From positions 448,001 through 512,000 of the forward strand of contig CAVSTP010000003.1 of NCBI GenBank assembly GCA_963730935.1: a DNA stretch of 64,000 nucleotides, in the 5' to 3' direction. Shown one piece after another: positions 47,090-58,715 of this stretch. The DNA is from an uncultured Nitrospiraceae bacterium. GTDB lineage: Bacteria > Nitrospirota > Nitrospiria > Nitrospirales > Nitrospiraceae. The notes under the pieces were generated by a model. It worked only from the letters and a program-made list of their open reading frames with translations. It was not told the DNA's origin and searched no databases. The translations under genes were made by a program, and so were the position numbers. How positions within the stretch are numbered: position 1 is the stretch's first letter; every line of letters starts with the position of its first letter.

Positions 47090-47761
47090 ATGGGTCAGAA
47101 AACGCATCCAGTCGGCTATCGGCTTGGCTACAACTACACGTGGAGTTCGCGGTGGTACGCGAGCAAGGATTACGCGAAGCTGCTTCACCAGGACATCAAG
47201 ATCCGCAAAGTGGTCAAGCAAAAACTGTATCATGCGGGCGTGGCCAAGGTGGAGATCGAACGTTCAGGAGATCAGACCCGCGTCATCATTCATACGGCCA
47301 GACCCGGCATCATCATCGGCCGCAAGGGCGCGGAGGTGGACAAGCTGAAAGCGGAACTGGAAAAGCAGTACGGCGGGCAGGTCTACATCACGGTGAAGGA
47401 GATCAAAAAGCCCGAACTGGATGCTCAACTCGTCAGCGAAAACGTGGCGACGCAGCTGGAAAAACGCGTAGCCTTCCGTCGCGCGATGAAGCGGAGCGTG
47501 CAGTCGGCGCTGCGTCTGGGCGCGCAAGGGATCAAGATCATGATCGCTGGCCGTTTGGGCGGTGCGGAAATCGCGCGCACCGAATGGTATCGGGAGGGCC
47601 GTGTGCCGTTACATACGCTGCGGGCTGAAGTGGATTACGGCTTTGCCGAAGCCCATACCACGATGGGGCAGATCGGCGTCAAGACCTGGATCTATAAGGG
47701 CGAATTACTCCCGGCGCAGCCGCTCAAGCCAGAGGCGGCATTTGAACGGCGGCTCGGCTAA
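47090..47761 (+). CDS. rpsC: 30S ribosomal protein S3
   Basis: [24 protein letters not shown]. Confidence 0.98.
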   Translation: MGQKTHPVGYRLGYNYTWSSRWYASKDYAKLLHQDIKIRKVVKQKLYHAGVAKVEIERSGDQTRVIIHTARPGIIIGRKGAEVDKLKAELEKQYGGQVYITVKEIKKPELDAQLVSENVATQLEKRVAFRRAMKRSVQSALRLGAQGIKIMIAGRLGGAEIARTEWYREGRVPLHTLRAEVDYGFAEAHTTMGQIGVKTWIYKGELLPAQPLKPEAAFERRLG

Positions 47762-47775
47762 GCAACGAGGACATT

Positions 47776-48189
47776 GTGTTAGCACCGAAAAAAGTCAAAT
47801 TCAGAAAAATGATGAAGGGGCGGATGCGCGGCAAGGCCTATCGGGGCGGCCACATCACCCTCGGGGAATTTGGTCTCAAGGCACTGGAGCCGGGATGGGT
47901 GACCAGCCGTCAGATCGAAGCGGCGCGTATCGCGATTACCCGGTACGTGAAGCGTGGCGGTCAGGTCTGGACGAGAATTTTCCCAGACAAGCCGATCACC
48001 AAAAAACCAGCGGAAACTCGAATGGGTAAGGGGAAGGGCAATCCCGAATACTGGGTGGCCGTCGTCAAGCCGGGCCGGATCCTCTACGAGATGGGCGGAG
48101 TGACTTCCGACATCGCTCGTGAAGCCTTCCGCCTGGCGTCGCATAAGCTTCCGATCGCCACGAAGTGTGTCACGCGGGGCGAATTTTAG
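47776..48189 (+). CDS. rplP: 50S ribosomal protein L16
   Basis: [16 protein letters not shown]. Confidence 0.98.
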   Translation: MLAPKKVKFRKMMKGRMRGKAYRGGHITLGEFGLKALEPGWVTSRQIEAARIAITRYVKRGGQVWTRIFPDKPITKKPAETRMGKGKGNPEYWVAVVKPGRILYEMGGVTSDIAREAFRLASHKLPIATKCVTRGEF

Positions 48190-48222
48190 GATTGTCGTCG
48201 AGACGAAAGCACGAGCACTCAC

Positions 48223-48447
48223 ATGGACCTGAAAGAATTGAGACAGATGACCGGCGCTGAATTGTCCGAAAAGGCTAAGCAGCTGGGCCAGGAATTATTC
48301 AATCTTCGTTTTCAGCTCGGCACGGGCCGGCTGGAAAATCCCATGCAGATTCGCAAGACCAAGCGGTCCATCGCGCAGGTGAAAACCGTGCAGCGCGAAG
48401 TCGAGCAGGCCGAGCAAAAAAAAGGCGTCCTAGCGGCGAAAGGGTGA
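48223..48447 (+). CDS. rpmC: 50S ribosomal protein L29
   Basis: [14 protein letters not shown]. Confidence 0.96.
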   Translation: MDLKELRQMTGAELSEKAKQLGQELFNLRFQLGTGRLENPMQIRKTKRSIAQVKTVQREVEQAEQKKGVLAAKG

Positions 48448-48454
48448 AGCGAGT

Positions 48455-48721
48455 ATGGCTGAGAGCGTAGTCAAGCGGCGAGAGTGGGTGGGGCGCGTCA
48501 TTAGCAACAAGATGAATAAGACCGTGGTCGTGGCAGTCGAGCGTCAGGTCGTGCATCCGATTTATCACAAGGTGCTTCGGCGCATGACGAAGTTCAAGGC
48601 CCATGACGAGCAGAACGCCTGCGGCATCGGGGACCGTGTGCGGATGATCGAGACCAGGCCTATCAGCAAGGACAAGCACTGGCGGGTGGTCGAGATTTTG
48701 GAAAAAGGACGCGTGGATTAA
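48455..48721 (+). CDS. rpsQ: 30S ribosomal protein S17
   Basis: [19 protein letters not shown]. Confidence 0.97.
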   Translation: MAESVVKRREWVGRVISNKMNKTVVVAVERQVVHPIYHKVLRRMTKFKAHDEQNACGIGDRVRMIETRPISKDKHWRVVEILEKGRVD

Positions 48722-48753
48722 ACGGGGCGTCCCCGGCGAGGATAGACGGCATC

Positions 48754-49122
48754 ATGATTCAGAACTACACATACATGGACGTGGCTGACAATTCTGGCGC
48801 AAAACAGGCCATGTGCTTTCACGTGCTGGGAGGGTCGAAGCGCCGGTACGCCTCATTGGGCGATGTGATTGTCGTGGCCGTGAAAGAGGCGATTCCGCAA
48901 GCGACGGTCAAAAAGGGCGACGTGAGCCGTGCGGTCATCGTGCGGACAACGAAGGAAGTCCGACGTGAGGACGGCTCGTACATCAAATTTGACCGAAATG
49001 CCTGCGTGTTGATCAACAAAGAAGGCGAACCGATTGGAACGCGCATTTTCGGACCGGTCGCACGCGAGCTTCGCTGGAAGAAGTTCATGAAGATCATTTC
49101 GCTGGCTCCAGAAGTGCTTTAA
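48754..49122 (+). CDS. rplN: 50S ribosomal protein L14
   Basis: [21 protein letters not shown]. Confidence 0.98.
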   Translation: MIQNYTYMDVADNSGAKQAMCFHVLGGSKRRYASLGDVIVVAVKEAIPQATVKKGDVSRAVIVRTTKEVRREDGSYIKFDRNACVLINKEGEPIGTRIFGPVARELRWKKFMKIISLAPEVL

Positions 49123-49134
49123 CCAGACGCAGGA

Positions 49135-49470
49135 GTGAACGTGCACGCGCTGCAGAAGACTCACATTCGCAAAGGGGACACGGTCGTGGTGATTGCCGGA
49201 CGGGACCGGGGTAAGTCCGGGAAGGTCCTTTCCGTTGACCGGTCCGTCGGGAAGGTCGTCGTCGAGAAGCTGAACATGATCAAGCGCCACACCAAGCCGA
49301 ATCAGAAGGTCAAACAGGGCGGGATTCTCGAGAAAGAGGCGCCTCTGGCCATCTCGAACGTGATGTTCCTGTGCCCCGTCACCAAGAAGCCCACTCGCTT
49401 GGGCATTCGCGTGCAGGCTGACGGTCGGCGTGTGCGGTTCAGTAAGAAATCCAACGAATTGGTCGAGTAG
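49135..49470 (+). CDS. rplX: 50S ribosomal protein L24
   Basis: [26 protein letters not shown]. Confidence 0.97.
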   Translation: MNVHALQKTHIRKGDTVVVIAGRDRGKSGKVLSVDRSVGKVVVEKLNMIKRHTKPNQKVKQGGILEKEAPLAISNVMFLCPVTKKPTRLGIRVQADGRRVRFSKKSNELVE

Positions 49471-49484
49471 CCCAGAAGGTCGTA

Positions 49485-50144
49485 ATGGCGGACGCAAAAG
49501 ATCCTAAAAAAGCTAAAGGCGGAAAACCGGCCGGCCGGCCGGCAAAGAAAGAGGGCGGCAAAGCGCCCCAGGCATTTGACGACGGGAGCGAGGAGTCGAA
49601 ATTCCAGCCCCGGCTGCGCGATACCTATCGCGACCGGGTCGTGCCGGCTCTGATGAAGGAGTTCGGCTATAAGAACGTCATGCAGGTGCCGAAACTGGAA
49701 CGCATCGTGCTCAACGTGGGCATGAGCGAAGCCATTCAAAACGTGAAGCTGCTGGAAAGTGCGGCGACCGAATTGGGCACGATCACCGGGCAGAAGGCGG
49801 TGGTGACCAAGGCGAAGAAGGCCATCGCCGGCTTCAAGCTGCGCCAAGGCATGCCGATCGGGACCAAGGTCACGCTGCGGAACCGCCGCATGTACGAGTT
49901 TTTCGACCGCCTGGTGACCCTGGCGCTGCCGCGCATTCGCGATTTCCGCGGCGTGTCGCCCAAGGCGTTCGACGGCCGCGGCAACTATACGTTGGGTTTG
50001 AAGGAGCAATTGATTTTCCCGGAGATTCAATACGACGAGGTCGCCTCGATTCACGGGATGGATATCACGATCGTGACGACGGCGCGTACGAACGACGAAG
50101 GGAAAGCCCTGCTCACCCAGTTGGGCATGCCGTTTCGGACCTAA
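49485..50144 (+). CDS. rplE: 50S ribosomal protein L5 with N-terminal extension
   Basis: [24 protein letters not shown]. Confidence 0.98.
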   Translation: MADAKDPKKAKGGKPAGRPAKKEGGKAPQAFDDGSEESKFQPRLRDTYRDRVVPALMKEFGYKNVMQVPKLERIVLNVGMSEAIQNVKLLESAATELGTITGQKAVVTKAKKAIAGFKLRQGMPIGTKVTLRNRRMYEFFDRLVTLALPRIRDFRGVSPKAFDGRGNYTLGLKEQLIFPEIQYDEVASIHGMDITIVTTARTNDEGKALLTQLGMPFRT

Positions 50145-50165
50145 CATTGAACGAAGGAGTCACTT

Positions 50166-50351
50166 GTGTCGAGACTGGCGCTCAGGAATAAAACGGCGGC
50201 CAAGCCGAAATTCAAAACCCGCGGCTATCATCGCTGCGGATTGTGCGGGCGCGTGCACGGCTTTTTGCGGCGGTTCAAGATGTGCCGCATCTGTTTCCGG
50301 TTGCTGAGCCTGAAGGGAGAGATCCCTGGTGTCCGGAAGTCCAGTTGGTAG
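50166..50351 (+). CDS. rpsN: 30S ribosomal protein S14 type Z
   Basis: 61 aa; RC..CGR...[15 protein letters not shown]. Confidence 0.97.
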   Translation: MSRLALRNKTAAKPKFKTRGYHRCGLCGRVHGFLRRFKMCRICFRLLSLKGEIPGVRKSSW

Positions 50352-50409
50352 GACTCCTGGCCGGTCATGTGGCTGATAACTTTGACGAGAATTTGTTGAA
50401 AGGGTTCGT

Positions 50410-50805
50410 ATGGTAACCGATCCAATCAGCGACCTCTTAGTGCGATTGCGCAACGGGTTTCGCCGCAATCACGACGTCGTGATGATTCCCGCCTCAAAAT
50501 TGAAGCACGAAGTACTCCGGGTGCTTCAGGCCGAGGGATTCATTCAGGGCATCGAAGCGGCGACGGAAGATGGGCATCCTATGCTGAAAGTGCAATTGCG
50601 ATACGTGGGTGAGGGACAACCGATGATCACGGGCATGCAACGCGTGAGCAAGCCCGGGCGACGCGTGTACGTGGGTACGAGAGAGATTCCCCGCGTGCGC
50701 AACGGTATCGGGATGGCCATACTCTCGACCTCGAAAGGCATCATGACCGACCAATCGTCGCGTAAGGCCGGCCTTGGCGGCGAAGTGCTCTGCGCAGTCT
50801 GGTAA
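50410..50805 (+). CDS. rpsH: 30S ribosomal protein S8
   Basis: DPISD.L.R.RN, SKPGRRVY, GLGGEVLC. Confidence 0.98.
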   Translation: MVTDPISDLLVRLRNGFRRNHDVVMIPASKLKHEVLRVLQAEGFIQGIEAATEDGHPMLKVQLRYVGEGQPMITGMQRVSKPGRRVYVGTREIPRVRNGIGMAILSTSKGIMTDQSSRKAGLGGEVLCAVW

Positions 50806-50822
50806 GGAAGGTAGAGGAAGCC

Positions 50823-51359
50823 ATGTCACGCATTGGAAATAAGCCGATTCCTGTTCCGACCGGCGTTGATGTGAAAATATCGGGATCCGTCGTCTCCGTG
50901 AAGGGGCCGCTCGGGAAGCTTGATTGGACGTTGAAGCCTGGGATCGGCGTCACGGTCGACAAGGGACATGTGGTCGTCACACGCTCCACCGACGAACGGA
51001 AAATTCGGGCCATGCACGGGTTGGTGCGCGCCGAACTGAACAACATGGTCCAGGGCGTGACCAAAGGCTATGAACGCAATATGGAGATTACGGGCGTCGG
51101 CTACAAGGCGGCGATCCAAGGAAAGACCATGAGCTTCAATGTCGGATACATCAATCCGGTGCAGTATCCGGTGCCCGCGGGGATCGACGTGAAGGTTGAC
51201 AAGCAGACGCTCATCAACATCAAGGGCGCCGACAAGCGGCTGGTCGGTCAAGTGGCGGCGAATCTTCGCGCCATCAAGCCGCCGGACGTCTATAAGCAAA
51301 AGGGCATTCGGTACTCCGGAGAAGTCTTGAGGAAGAAGGAAGGCAAGACCGGGAAGTAG
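50823..51359 (+). CDS. rplF: 50S ribosomal protein L6
   Basis: MSRIG.KPI, PPDVYKQKGIRY. Confidence 0.98.
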   Translation: MSRIGNKPIPVPTGVDVKISGSVVSVKGPLGKLDWTLKPGIGVTVDKGHVVVTRSTDERKIRAMHGLVRAELNNMVQGVTKGYERNMEITGVGYKAAIQGKTMSFNVGYINPVQYPVPAGIDVKVDKQTLINIKGADKRLVGQVAANLRAIKPPDVYKQKGIRYSGEVLRKKEGKTGK

Positions 51360-51367
51360 GGTGAATC

Positions 51368-51733
51368 ATGAATAGTGCGGCAAAATTATCTCATCTCGCC
51401 AGACGCCAGCAGCGTGTCCGTCAGCGCATATTCGGAACGGATGAGCGGCCGCGGCTCAATGTCTATCGCAGCAGCGGCCATATCTATGCGCAGATCATTA
51501 ACGACCTCAAGGGCACGACGCTGGCGGCTGCCTCGTCGCTGGACAAGTCCTTGCGGAAGACGTTGAAGTCCACCAGCAGCATCGTCGCGGCCAAAGCCGT
51601 CGGCACGCTCCTGGCCGAGCGCGCCAAGAACGCCAAGGTCCAAAAGGTCGTCTTTGACCGCGCTGGCCGGCTGTATCACGGCCGGATCAAGGCGTTGGCG
51701 GATGCCTCCCGCGAAGGCGGACTGCAATTCTAG
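51368..51733 (+). CDS. rplR: 50S ribosomal protein L18
   Basis: [31 protein letters not shown]. Confidence 0.98.
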   Translation: MNSAAKLSHLARRQQRVRQRIFGTDERPRLNVYRSSGHIYAQIINDLKGTTLAAASSLDKSLRKTLKSTSSIVAAKAVGTLLAERAKNAKVQKVVFDRAGRLYHGRIKALADASREGGLQF

Positions 51734-51757
51734 GTAGGATAGAAGGGAGCAACGAGC

Positions 51758-52264
51758 GTGCGAGTCAATCCAGACGAACTGAGCCTCAAGGATAAGGTCG
51801 TGTTCATCAATCGTGTCGCCAAAGTCGTCAAAGGCGGCAAGCGCTTCAATTTCTGCGCGCTCGTCGTGGTGGGTGACGGACAGGGGTGGGTCGGCATCGG
51901 TAAGGGCAAGGCCGCGGAAGTACCAGTCGCCATCGCGAAAGCTGTGCAGCAGGCGAAGAAGAATCTCGTCCATGTTCCACTCAAGTCGGGCACCATTCCG
52001 CACGAGGTCCACGGCTTGTTTGGCGGCGAACACGTCCTCTTGAAGCCGGCGGTCGCAGGGACCGGCATCATTGCCGGCGGAGCCGTGCGAGCCGTCGTGG
52101 AGCTTGTGGGCGCCCACAACATCATTTCCAAAACGTTGGGACGGGGGAATCCGTTCAATACAGTGCGCGCGACGCTGGACGGTCTCACGCAGCTCAGAAA
52201 TCCTGAGGAGGTCATGCGGTTGCGCCGGGGCGAAGAGCTTCAAGCGGGAGTGCTGGCGTCATGA
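51758..52264 (+). CDS. rpsE: 30S ribosomal protein S5
   Basis: [22 protein letters not shown]. Confidence 0.98.
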   Translation: MRVNPDELSLKDKVVFINRVAKVVKGGKRFNFCALVVVGDGQGWVGIGKGKAAEVPVAIAKAVQQAKKNLVHVPLKSGTIPHEVHGLFGGEHVLLKPAVAGTGIIAGGAVRAVVELVGAHNIISKTLGRGNPFNTVRATLDGLTQLRNPEEVMRLRRGEELQAGVLAS

Positions 52265-52470
52265 CCACGGCAAAAACCGCGAAAGCACCGGCTCAGAGCC
52301 TCCGCATCACCCTGAAGCGCAGCCCGATCGGCACGCCCGAACGTCATCGCCTGGTGCTGCGGGGGCTCGGCTTGCGGAAAATCCGGCAGTCGGTCGTCCG
52401 TCCCGATACGGCACAAGTCAGAGGACTGATACATAAAGTGAGTTACTTGTTGGAAGTGCAGCCATCATGA
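52261..52470 (+). CDS. rpmD: 50S ribosomal protein L30
   Basis: [15 protein letters not shown]. Confidence 0.95.
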   Translation: MTTAKTAKAPAQSLRITLKRSPIGTPERHRLVLRGLGLRKIRQSVVRPDTAQVRGLIHKVSYLLEVQPS

Positions 52471-52916
52471 AATTACATGAACTCGCGCCCGCCAAGGGCG
52501 CCAAGAAGAAGCGGAAGCGCATCGGTCGCGGTCCGGGGTCCGGTCACGGAAAGACGGCGACGAAAGGGCACAAGGGATTGCTGGCCCGCTCGGGTGGCGG
52601 CAAGCAGCCGGGGTTCGAGGGCGGTCAAATGCCGTTGATCCGCCGCGTGCCGAAGTACGGTTTCACGAATCCGTTCCGGAAGGAATACGCGATCGTCAAT
52701 ATCGAGCGTCTAGCCGACCTACCGGCTACAGGCATGATCACCCCGCAAGCGATGGTGGATGCCGGTCTGGTCAAGCGCGTCACGCTGCCGATCAAGATAT
52801 TGGGCAACGGTGAGCTCAAAAAACCAATCGTCGTGCAGGCGCACAAGTTCAGCAAATCGGCGGAGGCGAAGATTCAAGCGGCGGGAGGGTCAATAGAGGT
52901 TATCCCCGGTGTTTGA
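52467..52916 (+). CDS. rplO: 50S ribosomal protein L15
   Basis: RIGRG.GSGHGKT, FEGGQMPL.RR.PK.GF. Confidence 0.98.
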   Translation: MKLHELAPAKGAKKKRKRIGRGPGSGHGKTATKGHKGLLARSGGGKQPGFEGGQMPLIRRVPKYGFTNPFRKEYAIVNIERLADLPATGMITPQAMVDAGLVKRVTLPIKILGNGELKKPIVVQAHKFSKSAEAKIQAAGGSIEVIPGV

Positions 52917-54228
52917 GCGGCTCCTGACCAGCTTTCAGAATATCCTGAAAATTCCCGAGCTGCGGACCCGCATTCTGTTCACCCTGGGAATGCTGGTTGT
53001 GTATCGGGTCGGAGCACACATTCCGACGCCGGGCATCAACGGCGAAGCGCTGTCCGAGTTCTTACAGAAACAGGGAGGGGCACTTCTCGGGTTTCTCGAT
53101 ATTTTTTCGGGCGGCTCGCTGTCCCGGCTGACGATCTTTGCGCTGGGCATCATGCCCTATATCAGCGCCTCGATCATTTTGCAGCTGCTGACGGTGGTGG
53201 TCCCCCATCTCTCGAAGCTGGCAAAAGAAGGCGAGCGCGGCCGTAAGAAGATTATTCAGTACACGCGGTTCGGCACGATCGGCATCGCGTTGATTCAGGG
53301 CTTCGGGATCGCCATCGGCCTCGAGCAGATGAACGGCGGGGCGTTCGTCCTGGACAAGGGCTGGGCATTCCGGCTGATGACGGTGATCACGCTGACGGCC
53401 GGCACCGGCTTCCTGATGTGGCTGGGCGAGCAGATTACGGAGCGGGGAATCGGCAACGGGATCTCGCTCATTATTTTCGCAGGGATCGTCGCGCGTCTGC
53501 CCTCGGCCGTGGCGCAGACCTATAACCTGTATGAGATCGGCCAGCTCAACGCGTTCCTGCTGGTCGGGCTTGCCGCCCTGATGGTGGCGGTCGTCGCCGC
53601 GATTGTGTTTTTGGAAAGCGGCCGGCGCAAGGTTCCGGTCCAGTACGCGAAGAGGGTGGTCGGCCGGAGGGTGTACGGTGGGCAGAGCACGCACATTCCG
53701 CTGAAGATTAATACGGCAGGAGTGATTCCGCCCATTTTTGCATCATCGATCATTGCGTTTCCGGCGACGATTGCGGGATTTTTCGAGACGCCCTGGATCA
53801 AAGCGATCGGTGCACAACTGTCACCCGGATCGCTGCTATACACGCTGATGTATGTTGGGCTGATCCTATTTTTCTGTTTCTTTTACACGGCGGTGGTCCT
53901 CAATCCGGTCGATATGGCGGACAACATGAAGAAGTATGGGGGCTTCATCCCCGGCATCCGCCCCGGACAACGGACCTCCGACTATATCTATAAGGTGTTG
54001 ACGCATATTACGTTCGCCGGCGCGATTTACCTGGCGGTCGTCTGTGTGATTCCGGAGTTTCTGATCTACAAGCTGAACGTTCCGTTTTATTTCGGCGGCA
54101 CGTCGTTGTTGATCGTGATCGGCGTGGGACTCGATACCGCGCAGCAGATCGAGTCGCACATGCTGATGCGTAATTATGAAGGGTTTTTGGGAAAGGGCAT
54201 GGGCCCCCTCCGTGGCCGGAGCGGGTGA
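52909..54228 (+). CDS. secY: Preprotein translocase subunit SecY
   Basis: IFALGIMPYISASII, GIGNGISL, FIPGIRPG, GGTSLLI. Confidence 0.98.
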   Translation: MFERLLTSFQNILKIPELRTRILFTLGMLVVYRVGAHIPTPGINGEALSEFLQKQGGALLGFLDIFSGGSLSRLTIFALGIMPYISASIILQLLTVVVPHLSKLAKEGERGRKKIIQYTRFGTIGIALIQGFGIAIGLEQMNGGAFVLDKGWAFRLMTVITLTAGTGFLMWLGEQITERGIGNGISLIIFAGIVARLPSAVAQTYNLYEIGQLNAFLLVGLAALMVAVVAAIVFLESGRRKVPVQYAKRVVGRRVYGGQSTHIPLKINTAGVIPPIFASSIIAFPATIAGFFETPWIKAIGAQLSPGSLLYTLMYVGLILFFCFFYTAVVLNPVDMADNMKKYGGFIPGIRPGQRTSDYIYKVLTHITFAGAIYLAVVCVIPEFLIYKLNVPFYFGGTSLLIVIGVGLDTAQQIESHMLMRNYEGFLGKGMGPLRGRSG

Positions 54229-54234
54229 GACCAC

Positions 54235-54891
54235 ATGCGCGTCGTGTTTCTCGGAGCGCCGGGTGTCGGCAAGGGTACGCAAGCCGACCGGATTGCGGCG
54301 CACTTTAAGATCGCGAAGATTTCGACCGGGGATCTCCTGCGGGAGGCGGTCCGAAATCAGACGGAATTGGGGCGAGAGGCCAAACGGTACATGGACCAGG
54401 GACAACTGGTTCCTGATGCCGTCGTCATCGGGCTTGTACGTGACAAACTGGGGGAGCCAGCAAGCGCGAACGGCTTCGTGCTCGACGGGTTCCCGAGGAC
54501 GGTGCCCCAGGCTGAGGCATTGGGAAGGGTCCTGCAGGACACCCAGCGGCCGTTGCACCGGGTGGTGAAATTCGAGGTGCCGCGGCCGGACGTGATCCGG
54601 CGGTTGAGCGGCCGGCGCAGTTGCCCGAAGTGCCAGGCGACATTTCATGTGGAGTTTGCCCCATCGAAAAAAGGCGACGCGTGCGATCGATGCGGCGAAA
54701 CGTTAGTTCAACGGAGCGATGACAAACCGGAAGCCATTGAAACGAGGTTACAGGTCTTCGAGGAACAGACGACGCCGTTGATCCGGTATTACGCCAGCAA
54801 GCGGCTCCTCTCGGAAGTGAATGCTTCCGGCTCTGTGGACGCGGTATTCGAAGCCTTGTTCAGTGTGCTCGCGCCTTACAGCGCAATATGA
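54235..54891 (+). CDS. adk: Adenylate kinase (zinc-binding LID)
   Basis: GAPGVGKGTQA, LDGFPRT, CPKC...CDRC. Confidence 0.97.
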   Translation: MRVVFLGAPGVGKGTQADRIAAHFKIAKISTGDLLREAVRNQTELGREAKRYMDQGQLVPDAVVIGLVRDKLGEPASANGFVLDGFPRTVPQAEALGRVLQDTQRPLHRVVKFEVPRPDVIRRLSGRRSCPKCQATFHVEFAPSKKGDACDRCGETLVQRSDDKPEAIETRLQVFEEQTTPLIRYYASKRLLSEVNASGSVDAVFEALFSVLAPYSAI

Positions 54892-55655
54892 TCATCCTCA
54901 AGACGCCAGACGAGATTGCCGTGATGGCAAAGGCGTCAAGAGTCGTGGCTGAAGCGCTGGCAGTACTCAAGGACGCGGTCAAGCCAGGCGTTACGACCGA
55001 CGAGTTGGACCGGTTGGCGGAATCGGAAATCCGCGCGAGGGGCGCGATTCCGGCGTTCAAAGGATACCGCAATTATCCGAAGACGCTGTGCGCATCGGTG
55101 AACGAGCAGGTTGTGCACGGCATTCCCTCCAAACGGGTCTTGAAGGAGGGAGACATCGTCGGCCTCGATCTTGGAGCGATCGTCGGTGGATTCTACGGAG
55201 ATTCGGCCATCACGGTTGGGGTAGGTCGGATCGACGAGAAGACGGCGGCGCTAGTGCGGGTCACAGAAGAATCGCTGTCGCTCGCGATTGAGCAGGCGCA
55301 GGTCGGCAACCGGTTGTCGGATATTTCCCATGCGGTCCAGCGACACGTGGAAGCCGCCGGCTATTCAGTCGTGACAGAGTTCGTCGGGCACGGCATCGGG
55401 CGGCAGTTGCATGAAGAACCGCAGGTGCCGAATTACGGGAAGCCGGGACAGGGGCCCCGCTTGCAAGCGGGAATGGTCTTGGCGATTGAGCCGATGGTGA
55501 ATATGGGCGGCTCAGCCGTTCGGGTGCTGGATGACCGCTGGACCGCGGTGACCGTCGACGGCAGCCTGTCCGCGCACTTTGAACATACGATTGCGATTCA
55601 GCCGAGCGGACCGGCGGTCGTGTTGAGCCGGGTCTCTAAAAGGATGGAAGCGTGA
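54888..55655 (+). CDS. map: Methionine aminopeptidase type I
   Basis: CASVNEQVVHGIP, GHGIG..LHEEP, SAHFEHT. Confidence 0.97.
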   Translation: MIILKTPDEIAVMAKASRVVAEALAVLKDAVKPGVTTDELDRLAESEIRARGAIPAFKGYRNYPKTLCASVNEQVVHGIPSKRVLKEGDIVGLDLGAIVGGFYGDSAITVGVGRIDEKTAALVRVTEESLSLAIEQAQVGNRLSDISHAVQRHVEAAGYSVVTEFVGHGIGRQLHEEPQVPNYGKPGQGPRLQAGMVLAIEPMVNMGGSAVRVLDDRWTAVTVDGSLSAHFEHTIAIQPSGPAVVLSRVSKRMEA

Positions 55656-55681
55656 CACGTCAGGCGAAAGGATAACGGTTC

Positions 55682-55900
55682 GTGCCGAAGGAAGACATTA
55701 TTGAGATCCAAGGATCGGTACTGGAGACCCTCCCTAACGCCATGTTTCGCGTGCAACTGGACAACGGGCACAAAATTCTCGCCCATATCTCGGGGAAAAT
55801 GCGGATGCACTTCATTCGCATCCTTCCGGGCGACAAGGTCACGGTAGAAATGTCGCCGTATGACCTGACGCGAGGGCGCATTACGTACCGGTTCAAGTAG
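55682..55900 (+). CDS. infA: Translation initiation factor IF-1
   Basis: [25 protein letters not shown]. Confidence 0.98.
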   Translation: MPKEDIIEIQGSVLETLPNAMFRVQLDNGHKILAHISGKMRMHFIRILPGDKVTVEMSPYDLTRGRITYRFK

Positions 55901-55915
55901 GAGTCTGAACGTCTC

Positions 55916-56029
55916 ATGAAGGTCAAATCATCGGTCAAGCCGATTTGCGCGAAATGTAAGGTCGTACGACGCCGTGGGGTGGTCAGAATTCTCTGTGAGA
56001 ACCCGCGGCACAAACAGCGACAGGGATAG
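55916..56029 (+). CDS. rpmJ: 50S ribosomal protein L36
   Basis: Manual translation [37 protein letters not shown]. Confidence 0.97.
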   Translation: MKVKSSVKPICAKCKVVRRRGVVRILCENPRHKQRQG

Positions 56030-56128
56030 CTGAGCCTGAGTGCGACTCCCCCTCCGCGTGTGCCATACACCCGTGGCATGAAGGAGAGCGAGCACTTGGT
56101 CCTCGGCAGGTAGCAGACTGGAGGGAGC

Positions 56129-56524
56129 ATGGCACGTATTGCCGGAGTCGATTTACCCAGAGAGAAGCGGTCGGATATCGGCCTGACCTATGTGTTCGGG
56201 ATCGGCCGGGCGGCAGCCCGTCACATCCTCGACAAGGCCGGAATCGACGGCGCCATCCGGGTGAAGGATCTCAGCGAAGATCAGATCGTCAAGATCCGCG
56301 AAATCATCGACCAGGACTATCAGGTTGAAGGCGATTTGCGGAAAACCGTCTCAATGAACATCAAGCGCCTCATCGATACCGGCACGTATCGAGGTCTTCG
56401 CCATCGCAAGGGCCTGCCGGTTCGCGGTCAACGGTCCAAAACCAATGCACGCACGAGAAAAGGCCGTCGCGCCGGAGTCGGCAGCAAGCCGAGACCGGCC
56501 GCTCGTCCGGCTCCCACAGCGTGA
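56129..56524 (+). CDS. rpsM: 30S ribosomal protein S13
   Basis: [26 protein letters not shown]. Confidence 0.98.
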   Translation: MARIAGVDLPREKRSDIGLTYVFGIGRAAARHILDKAGIDGAIRVKDLSEDQIVKIREIIDQDYQVEGDLRKTVSMNIKRLIDTGTYRGLRHRKGLPVRGQRSKTNARTRKGRRAGVGSKPRPAARPAPTA

Positions 56525-56547
56525 TCGTTCATCCGTAGGAGTGATCT

Positions 56548-56931
56548 ATGAGCGTGAAAAAAGGCAAGAAGAAAGAACGCCGGATGGTCCAGAGCGGGAT
56601 CGCTCATGTCCAGGCGTCATTTAACAATACCATCGTGACGATCACCGATATGAGCGGCAATACGGTCGTCTGGGCGAGCGCCGGCAATCAAGGCTTCAAG
56701 GGATCGCGCAAAAGCACGCCCTTTGCGGCGCAACGGGCCGGCGAAGCAGCCGCGCGCAAGGCCATGGAAAGCGGCATGCGCCAGGTGGATGTCTATGTGA
56801 ACGGGCCGGGGTCGGGGCGGGAGTCCGCGATTCGCTCGTTGCAGGGGGCAGGACTACGGATCAATCTCATCCGTGACGTCACGCCGATCCCGCACAACGG
56901 ATGTCGGCCGCCCAAACGGCGTCGGGTGTAA
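56548..56931 (+). CDS. rpsK: 30S ribosomal protein S11
   Basis: [27 protein letters not shown]. Confidence 0.98.
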   Translation: MSVKKGKKKERRMVQSGIAHVQASFNNTIVTITDMSGNTVVWASAGNQGFKGSRKSTPFAAQRAGEAAARKAMESGMRQVDVYVNGPGSGRESAIRSLQGAGLRINLIRDVTPIPHNGCRPPKRRRV

Positions 56932-57003
56932 GAGCATGAGCAGACAGGTGTGTGTGAACGGGCAGGCCATAATAGGCGAGCCCGGCAAACGGAGGTAAAG
57001 AAC

Positions 57004-57630
57004 GTGGCGAAGTATCGGGGACCAGTCTGTCGGTTATGTCGCCGTGAAGGCGAGAAGTTATTCTTGAAGGGCTCTCGCTGCATGACGGAAAAATGTGCGA
57101 TCGAGCGTCGCAGCTATCCACCCGGCCAGCACGGTCAGGCCAGGCCGCGCATTTCAGACTACAGCACGCAGTTGCGCGAGAAGCAGAAATTGCGGCGTAT
57201 CTACGGCCTTCAAGAACGGCAGTTCCGCGGCGTCTTCGAGCGGGCTGAGCGCAGGGCGGGCGTCACTGGTGAGGCGTTGCTGCGATTGCTCGAGTGCCGT
57301 CTCGACAACGTCGTCTACCGGCTCGGATTCGGGGCATCCCGCAAGGAAGCGCGGCAGGTCGTGGGACACGGCCATGTGACGGTCAACGGCCGGAAGAACA
57401 ACATCCCGGGCGCACAAGTCCGTGCCGGCGACGTGGTGGCCGTGCGCGAACGCAGCCGTAGCCTGGTGTCGATTCAAAGCGCGCTGGAGTCCGTCGAGGG
57501 CCGAGGCATTCCCGAATGGTTGGAGTTGGATAAGGCCGGGTTCAAGGGGACCGTGCGCGCATTGCCGACGAAGGATCAGATCACGCTGCCCGTCAACGAA
57601 CAGATGGTCGTGGAATTGTATTCGCGATAA
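57004..57630 (+). CDS. rpsD: 30S ribosomal protein S4 (GTG start after GGAGG)
   Basis: [33 protein letters not shown]. Confidence 0.98.
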   Translation: MAKYRGPVCRLCRREGEKLFLKGSRCMTEKCAIERRSYPPGQHGQARPRISDYSTQLREKQKLRRIYGLQERQFRGVFERAERRAGVTGEALLRLLECRLDNVVYRLGFGASRKEARQVVGHGHVTVNGRKNNIPGAQVRAGDVVAVRERSRSLVSIQSALESVEGRGIPEWLELDKAGFKGTVRALPTKDQITLPVNEQMVVELYSR

Positions 57631-57705
57631 GCAACTTCATACAACGCCGGTTCCTGCAGAATGCATCGCAGAAAGCGCGGCGGCTGACAGGATGAAGGGG
57701 GACTC

Positions 57706-58704
57706 ATGATCAAGGCGATGAAAGATTTCCAAATCCCGATGCGAGTCGAGGTCGACAAAGAAACGGCTTCCGCTACGTTCGGGCGATTCTCCACCGAGGC
57801 GTACGAGCGGGGCTTCGGCACGACGGTCGGCAACGCACTGCGCCGGGTGCTGCTCTCGTCCCTGACCGGCGCAGCCGTGACGACGGTCAAGATCGAGGGC
57901 GTCCTGCACGAGTTTTCGACGATTCCCGGTGTGACCGAAGATGTCACCTCGATCATCCTCAATGTGAAGGGGCTGCGTCTGGCCTTGCATACCGACAAGC
58001 CCAAGACGATCCGGTTGAAAAAGAAGGGGCCCGGCGAAGCCAAGGGGTCGGATATCATCCATGACGCGGACATTTCCATTTTGACGCCCAATCTGCATAT
58101 CGCGACCCTCGACAAGGACGCCACGTTGGATGTGGAGATGACGGTCAAGCATGGCCGCGGGTACGTGCCGGCCGAGCGGAACAAGGAGGAAGGGTTGCCG
58201 ATCGGGGTGATCGCGATCGATTCCATCTTTTCTCCGATCAAGCGGGTCAACTTTCACGTCGAAAATGCCCGCGTCGGACGGATGACGGATTACGATAAAT
58301 TGACCCTGGAAATCTGGACGGATGGAACCATCTCTCCGAGCGACGCATTATCAACGGCCGCTGGCATCTTGCGCGACCATGTCGAAATCTTCATCAATCC
58401 CGATGCGAGAGTGGAAGGCCGCGCCGAACTCACCGGCGACGAGGCCCAGCGGGAAATCAACAAGAATCTCTTCCGGAGCGTCAATGAGTTGGAGTTGTCG
58501 GTCCGCGCGGCGAATTGCTTGAAAAATGCCAACATCAAGACGATCGCGGACCTGGTGCAGAAATCCGAAGCCGAAATGTTGAAGACCAAGAACTTCGGGA
58601 AGAAGTCGCTGAACGAAATCAAGGAAATTTTGACGGACATGGGGCTGAGCCTCGGCGTCAAGCTGGACGCAATGGCTTCAGGCGGCGGTCCCAAGAACGA
58701 GTAA
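57706..58704 (+). CDS. rpoA: DNA-directed RNA polymerase subunit alpha
   Basis: RGFGTTVGNALRRVLLSS, LELSVRAANCL, NFGKKSL. Confidence 0.99.
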   Translation: MIKAMKDFQIPMRVEVDKETASATFGRFSTEAYERGFGTTVGNALRRVLLSSLTGAAVTTVKIEGVLHEFSTIPGVTEDVTSIILNVKGLRLALHTDKPKTIRLKKKGPGEAKGSDIIHDADISILTPNLHIATLDKDATLDVEMTVKHGRGYVPAERNKEEGLPIGVIAIDSIFSPIKRVNFHVENARVGRMTDYDKLTLEIWTDGTISPSDALSTAAGILRDHVEIFINPDARVEGRAELTGDEAQREINKNLFRSVNELELSVRAANCLKNANIKTIADLVQKSEAEMLKTKNFGKKSLNEIKEILTDMGLSLGVKLDAMASGGGPKNE

Positions 58705-58715
58705 GAGAGGGCATC

